This document shows, one piece after another, positions 16,377 through 20,000 of a DNA stretch of 20,000 bases (position 1 is its first letter; each line of letters begins with the position of its first letter). The DNA is from an uncultured virus (IMG/VR IMGVR_UViG_3300001605_000027). Taxonomy: Duplodnaviria > Heunggongvirae > Uroviricota > Caudoviricetes. The notes below the pieces were generated by a model. It saw only the letters and a list, made by a program, of their open reading frames with translations. It ran no database searches and was not told where the DNA came from. Both the position numbers and the translations under genes were made by a program. The stretch lies in the IMG/VR virus record IMGVR_UViG_3300001605_000027. One strand, written 5' to 3'.

Positions 16377-17182
16377 TGGCGACTTATGAAGGCATTCAGA
16401 TTTACGACGAATCCAACTATCAAACGTTGGTGAGTCAGACCGTCGACGGTGGCGGCCAATTCTACACTGGTTTGAACCCCGAGTCGGAACAACCGCTCTA
16501 CGGTTCGTCGTGCGAAGTCCGCGAATACGCGACGGTTCCACGGTCGGAGTGGAAAGAACGCATCGAAGAAAAGAAAGCCAAGGGATTGTTCCCCGGTTCT
16601 TGGTTTGAACGTGGGAAAGTGAAGATTCTCAACCAACGGTCATTCGGGTACTGCTGGATGTACGGCGTCGTCGGAGCGATGCAACTTCGCTACGCGATGA
16701 CCGGACAAGTCGCCCCGCATTTGAACCCGTTCTTTCCGGCATGGCTTGGTAAGCGAGGGGCCAATCGTGGCGGCTGGGGCGGCGAAGCGTTGGGTTATCT
16801 CGATCAATTCGGATGCCCGATGGAATCGATCTTCCCTGGCCAGCCAACGAATCGGGCGGCGTTCGATCGGCACGAAGTCCGCGAGAATGCCAAGCTCCAT
16901 AAGGTTTGGAAGTTCACCGAACTGCGACGAAATTCGTTCCAAGCGTTGATGGATATGTGGTTGTCGGATGATCCGATGCCAGTGTCCCAAGCGTATAATT
17001 GGTGGGGCCACCTCGTTTATGCGATGGAACCCGTCGTCATTGGTGCCAACGAGTTTGGTACATTGATCGGCAACTCATGGGGTTACTCATGGGGCACGCA
17101 GGGACGCGGCGTGATCGCTGAATCGAAAGCGGCGGCGGCTGAGCAGATTTGCGTTGACATGGTATCGACGGTGGCGGCATGA
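16376..17182 (+). CDS. papain-like cysteine protease (peptidase C1 family)
   Basis: Oxyanion Gln and catalytic Cys in NQRSFGYCW, His in WWGHLV, and Asn in IGNSWGYSWGTQG. Confidence 0.9.
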   Translation: MATYEGIQIYDESNYQTLVSQTVDGGGQFYTGLNPESEQPLYGSSCEVREYATVPRSEWKERIEEKKAKGLFPGSWFERGKVKILNQRSFGYCWMYGVVGAMQLRYAMTGQVAPHLNPFFPAWLGKRGANRGGWGGEALGYLDQFGCPMESIFPGQPTNRAAFDRHEVRENAKLHKVWKFTELRRNSFQALMDMWLSDDPMPVSQAYNWWGHLVYAMEPVVIGANEFGTLIGNSWGYSWGTQGRGVIAESKAAAAEQICVDMVSTVAA

Positions 17183-17550
17183 CGCGAAGCGAAACAATCT
17201 TCACTGCTGTATTTGTCCTAATCAACACGTTCTTCATTGGCGTGTTTAGCGGTCGAATGATCGAAGAAAAATCACAGCCAAAGGCAATCGAAGTGGCAAC
17301 CGAAGAATCGAAATCCCAGCCAATCGACGCGACCAACCCACCGGCGATGTTCTCAAATTGGCGGACGCCAACACAACCCGGCATGGCACCGTTGCACGCG
17401 TTGAGAGCGACGTCGGAGCGGATGCAGATCGAGCAAGGCACCGACCTAGGATCGGACGCCAATGCACGTGCTTTGATTCTCGTCATGGAAGCCGTGGCGA
17501 TCCTTGAGGGTCGCGATCGTACAGTCGACGGGATTCAAGTTATCGAGTGA
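17179..17550 (+). CDS. membrane-anchored hypothetical protein
   Basis: ATGA overlap and an N-terminal TM segment IFTAVFVLINTFFIGVF. Confidence 0.75.
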   Translation: MTRSETIFTAVFVLINTFFIGVFSGRMIEEKSQPKAIEVATEESKSQPIDATNPPAMFSNWRTPTQPGMAPLHALRATSERMQIEQGTDLGSDANARALILVMEAVAILEGRDRTVDGIQVIE

Positions 17551-17569
17551 ACGCCGGACATTTTGATTG

Positions 17570-17635
17570 CTTCGATTGGATTGTCGCTTAGACATGAGTG
17601 AAACGGTTGCCACGTTTCACGCCATCCAATCGAAG
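17570..17635 (+). promoter_or_regulatory. three-way-junction RNA structure in the 5' leader
   Basis: Outer 12-bp stem CTTCGATTGGAT/ATCCAATCGAAG. Inner hairpins are TGTC-GCTTA-GACA and GTGAAACG-GTTGCCA-CGTTTCAC. Confidence 0.65.
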
Positions 17636-17645
17636 GACTGACAGA

Positions 17646-18149
17646 ATGAATATCCGCCGAACGTTCCCGCTCGTTGCCATCGCCGCTGTTGCGATGATTG
17701 CCGCCATGCTCGCAGGTCCGACGCAGCCGTCGGCACAGTCGCCGAAGTGGGACACTGTTACCGACTCGGTTCTGCCAGTGTCGAATCAGCCGTCGACTGG
17801 GCCGGGATACAAGCCAGCCCCCGCGTCCAATACTTGCAATTGCGGCGACTTTGCGGCACTCGAAAAGCGAGTGGCTACGCTGGAAACGAAGATCGCAAGC
17901 TACGGAGCGGCAAGGCCGACAACCACCAACGGATCGGCTGGCGTCAACACGTCGACGGTAACCTACCAGTCGCCGCCGGTCTATTACAGTCCGCAGCAAA
18001 CGACGACCACGTATCGGTCGGCACCTGTTACCTATCAGGCTCAGCCAGCGACGACAACAGTCCGAACCGGATTATTTGGACGACGGTATCAAACATACTC
18101 GGCCCCCCAGTCGTGCCGCATCGTCAACGGCGTTCGCGTCTGCAACTAA
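17646..18149 (+). CDS. secreted low-complexity protein with terminal Cys motif
   Basis: Signal peptide MNIRRTFPLVAIAAVAMIAAML, then CNC, a short coiled coil, a T/S/Y/Q-rich region and GLFGRR, ending SCRIVNGVRVCN. Confidence 0.8.
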   Translation: MNIRRTFPLVAIAAVAMIAAMLAGPTQPSAQSPKWDTVTDSVLPVSNQPSTGPGYKPAPASNTCNCGDFAALEKRVATLETKIASYGAARPTTTNGSAGVNTSTVTYQSPPVYYSPQQTTTTYRSAPVTYQAQPATTTVRTGLFGRRYQTYSAPQSCRIVNGVRVCN

Positions 18150-18161
18150 GAAAGGAAGTCA

Positions 18162-18500
18162 ATGTCGAACGGAAGTGATCTACCAGACGGATTTTTTGGC
18201 TATGTTTTAGCGTTTGTAGGGACCGCTATGGGCACATTGGTTACAACGATTGCGACTTTGTGGAAAGTATCGGAGTCGAAGAACGCTAAGGCGATCGAGG
18301 AGCAGCGACAGGAAATCATGACGCAGAAAGTCGAGTTCGCCGACGCAAAATCGCAGATGCGGACTGAGATTTCGATGGTTCGCGAAAACTTAAAAGCCGT
18401 CGAAGACGCTCGCCTTGAATGCGAACGCGACAGGGCGATGCTGACAGCCAAGTGTGAGATTTTCGAGGCACGGTTATCCAAGTTAGAAGGACAATCCTAA
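18162..18500 (+). CDS. holin-like / TM plus coiled-coil protein
   Basis: AAGGA RBS, a single N-terminal TM helix and a long coiled coil. Confidence 0.7.
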   Translation: MSNGSDLPDGFFGYVLAFVGTAMGTLVTTIATLWKVSESKNAKAIEEQRQEIMTQKVEFADAKSQMRTEISMVRENLKAVEDARLECERDRAMLTAKCEIFEARLSKLEGQS

Positions 18501-18739
18501 TGTTTCCCAACCTCAAAAGCCTATTATCAAACCACGTCGCACCCGGCGGAGCGATCGCATCAGCATCGCCGTTTTCATTCTTCGCACGAGTCGAGGCATA
18601 CGGCGCCGCGGGCGAAGGTACGAAGCAAGTCGACGCGATTGCGACCGAACTGATGGAAGTCGATCGGCTATTGGACGCGGATAACTTGGTCGCCGGTCGC
18701 GAACGGCTGAAAGCGATCTTGCGAGGTATCGCCGAATGA
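18500..18739 (+). CDS. hypothetical protein
   Basis: TAATG coupling; 79 aa. Confidence 0.65.
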   Translation: MFPNLKSLLSNHVAPGGAIASASPFSFFARVEAYGAAGEGTKQVDAIATELMEVDRLLDADNLVAGRERLKAILRGIAE

Positions 18740-19074
18740 TCGCCATTCTCCTAACCCTCGCCACCTTCGCACCATCTCTACCCGTTGTCGAAGTCTGCGA
18801 GATCAACACCACGCCGAACTTCCAGCAGGTGATTTTGCGACGATGGCATCGGCTTGGCGAGGTCAACGGGCATCGCGTGACGGAGTGGTGGATACCGCGA
18901 AAAGAGACGACCACGGTGGAGCGATTTGGCGACCGCTGGCTAGTGCGATCGGACGGACGCGAGTTTATCGCACGGTCGGTGCGGTGGACTGAGACGCAGC
19001 ACGATCCTGAGATGAGAGAGCGTAAGATTTTGTGCCCGGGTGATCGGGTGCCGTATTTGGATAAAGAAAAATGA
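18736..19074 (+). CDS. hypothetical protein with short hydrophobic N-terminus
   Basis: ATGA overlap. Pattern VCEIN...FQQVILRRW...WW...ETQHDPEMRER. Confidence 0.75.
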   Translation: MIAILLTLATFAPSLPVVEVCEINTTPNFQQVILRRWHRLGEVNGHRVTEWWIPRKETTTVERFGDRWLVRSDGREFIARSVRWTETQHDPEMRERKILCPGDRVPYLDKEK

Positions 19075-19652
19075 ACGCAGAACAAAAACTGGCATATCTA
19101 TTAGAATCCGTTTGGGTGCCGACCAATGCGACGATCACAGTCGCGGCAATTGTCGAGGCTGTCGGTTTGGACGCTGGTAGATTGGTAGTAGGCACGATCC
19201 AAGCGGCATCGGCCCAAGACCCGATTTTGGCGGCATCTTATCAAGCTCTTTCAACCGTTGGCATGAGCCTATCGGGTGCGGATCGGCAATCGCTGATTGA
19301 TCAAGTGGCAATCGCTGGCAATTGGCCCGATGCGGTACGCGATGCAGTGAAAGCCCTCGGCGGCGTGTCGCGTCTTAGGTGGCAGATCGAAGGCTATCAG
19401 TCGCAGCCGACGATTGAGTCGGTACAGGCAGAGATTGACGCTGAATCGCAACCCGCCGACGAAACGCGGCACGAGGTGCTACTGTCCGTGAATCGCGGTA
19501 CCGATGGCGTGATGCGAGTAATGGCTAGAGTAACGCCAGTCGAGCTTGCCAGCGGTGTCGAACTGCGACGCGGACAACCGCGAACAATCGTTAATGATGC
19601 GGGGTTGGTCGCGGTTTTGAATCCGATTATTGAGGGGCTAATCGATGCCTGA
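19071..19652 (+). CDS. hypothetical protein (probable virion-associated)
   Basis: ATGA overlap; 193 aa; directly precedes the fibre-like gene. Confidence 0.75.
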   Translation: MNAEQKLAYLLESVWVPTNATITVAAIVEAVGLDAGRLVVGTIQAASAQDPILAASYQALSTVGMSLSGADRQSLIDQVAIAGNWPDAVRDAVKALGGVSRLRWQIEGYQSQPTIESVQAEIDAESQPADETRHEVLLSVNRGTDGVMRVMARVTPVELASGVELRRGQPRTIVNDAGLVAVLNPIIEGLIDA

Positions 19653-20000
19653 TAAATGGCCACTAGCAAACGACAACTGGAGCAACGCCGCAAACTGGAA
19701 CGACGGAACGAAGCCGGTTCCCGGTGATGATGTTTTTGCCGATGGGCGGACAGTCACGATCGATGAGGATATTGAAGTCGCAACCATTCGTACGACACAA
19801 CGCAGTGGAGGCACTGCCGGTGGCGGATTTACGCTGAACGCTGGTATTACAGTAACTTCCAACGTAGTCGCAGGAACGTCCACGTGTGTTACACGGTCCA
19901 CGTCTGGCGAAACATCACATATTATTGGCGATATTACAGGTGGCATAGGGTCTAACTCACCGGGGTTAATTATTGCCGGTGTATCTGGACCGATTGCAGT
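19645..20000 (+). CDS. putative tail fibre / beta-helical virion protein, 3' partial
   Basis: GAGGGG RBS. Begins MPDKWPLANDNWSNAANWNDGTKPVPGDDVFADGRTVTID and continues G/T/S-rich. The frame is open to the window end. Confidence 0.65.
   Translation, partial: MPDKWPLANDNWSNAANWNDGTKPVPGDDVFADGRTVTIDEDIEVATIRTTQRSGGTAGGGFTLNAGITVTSNVVAGTSTCVTRSTSGETSHIIGDITGGIGSNSPGLIIAGVSGPIA

Noticed and set aside
17591..17620. Possible third hammerhead (ATGAGTGAAAC)
   Set aside because: It lacks the CUGANGA core, stem II and correct NUH geometry.
489..19946. Minus-strand ORFs in the six-frame track
   Set aside because: All are antisense shadows of tightly coupled plus-strand genes and show no recognisable motifs.

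Overview
This window is a densely packed, all-plus-strand segment of a tailed dsDNA phage or prophage. The host is plausibly a planctomycete; this is an inference from protein types and from TCGA/GTCGAC-rich composition judged by eye. 1-7260 is a replication module: SNF2 helicase (5' partial), coiled-coil protein, SSB-like protein, Prim-Pol/PriCT-1 primase, an iteron/inverted-repeat origin-like spacer, a UvrD-like helicase and an HNH nuclease. 7277-9370 is a strong sigma70-type promoter driving small early-type genes. These genes are punctuated by two complete type I hammerhead ribozymes (7547-7600 and 7964-8020) that bracket one 113-aa ORF. Double self-cleavage would release a 419-nt monocistronic RNA whose ends can re-form a hammerhead, so it could circularise. 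9392-14239 is a second promoter carrying the same TTATC-N8-GATAA operator, followed by a Dda/RecD-like helicase, a VRR-NUC nuclease and small accessory genes. 14306-20000 holds membrane/secreted proteins, a HAD hydrolase, a papain-like C1 protease, a holin-like protein and the start of a probable virion fibre gene. Both SF1 helicase genes carry single +1 frameshifts, most likely consensus insertion errors.
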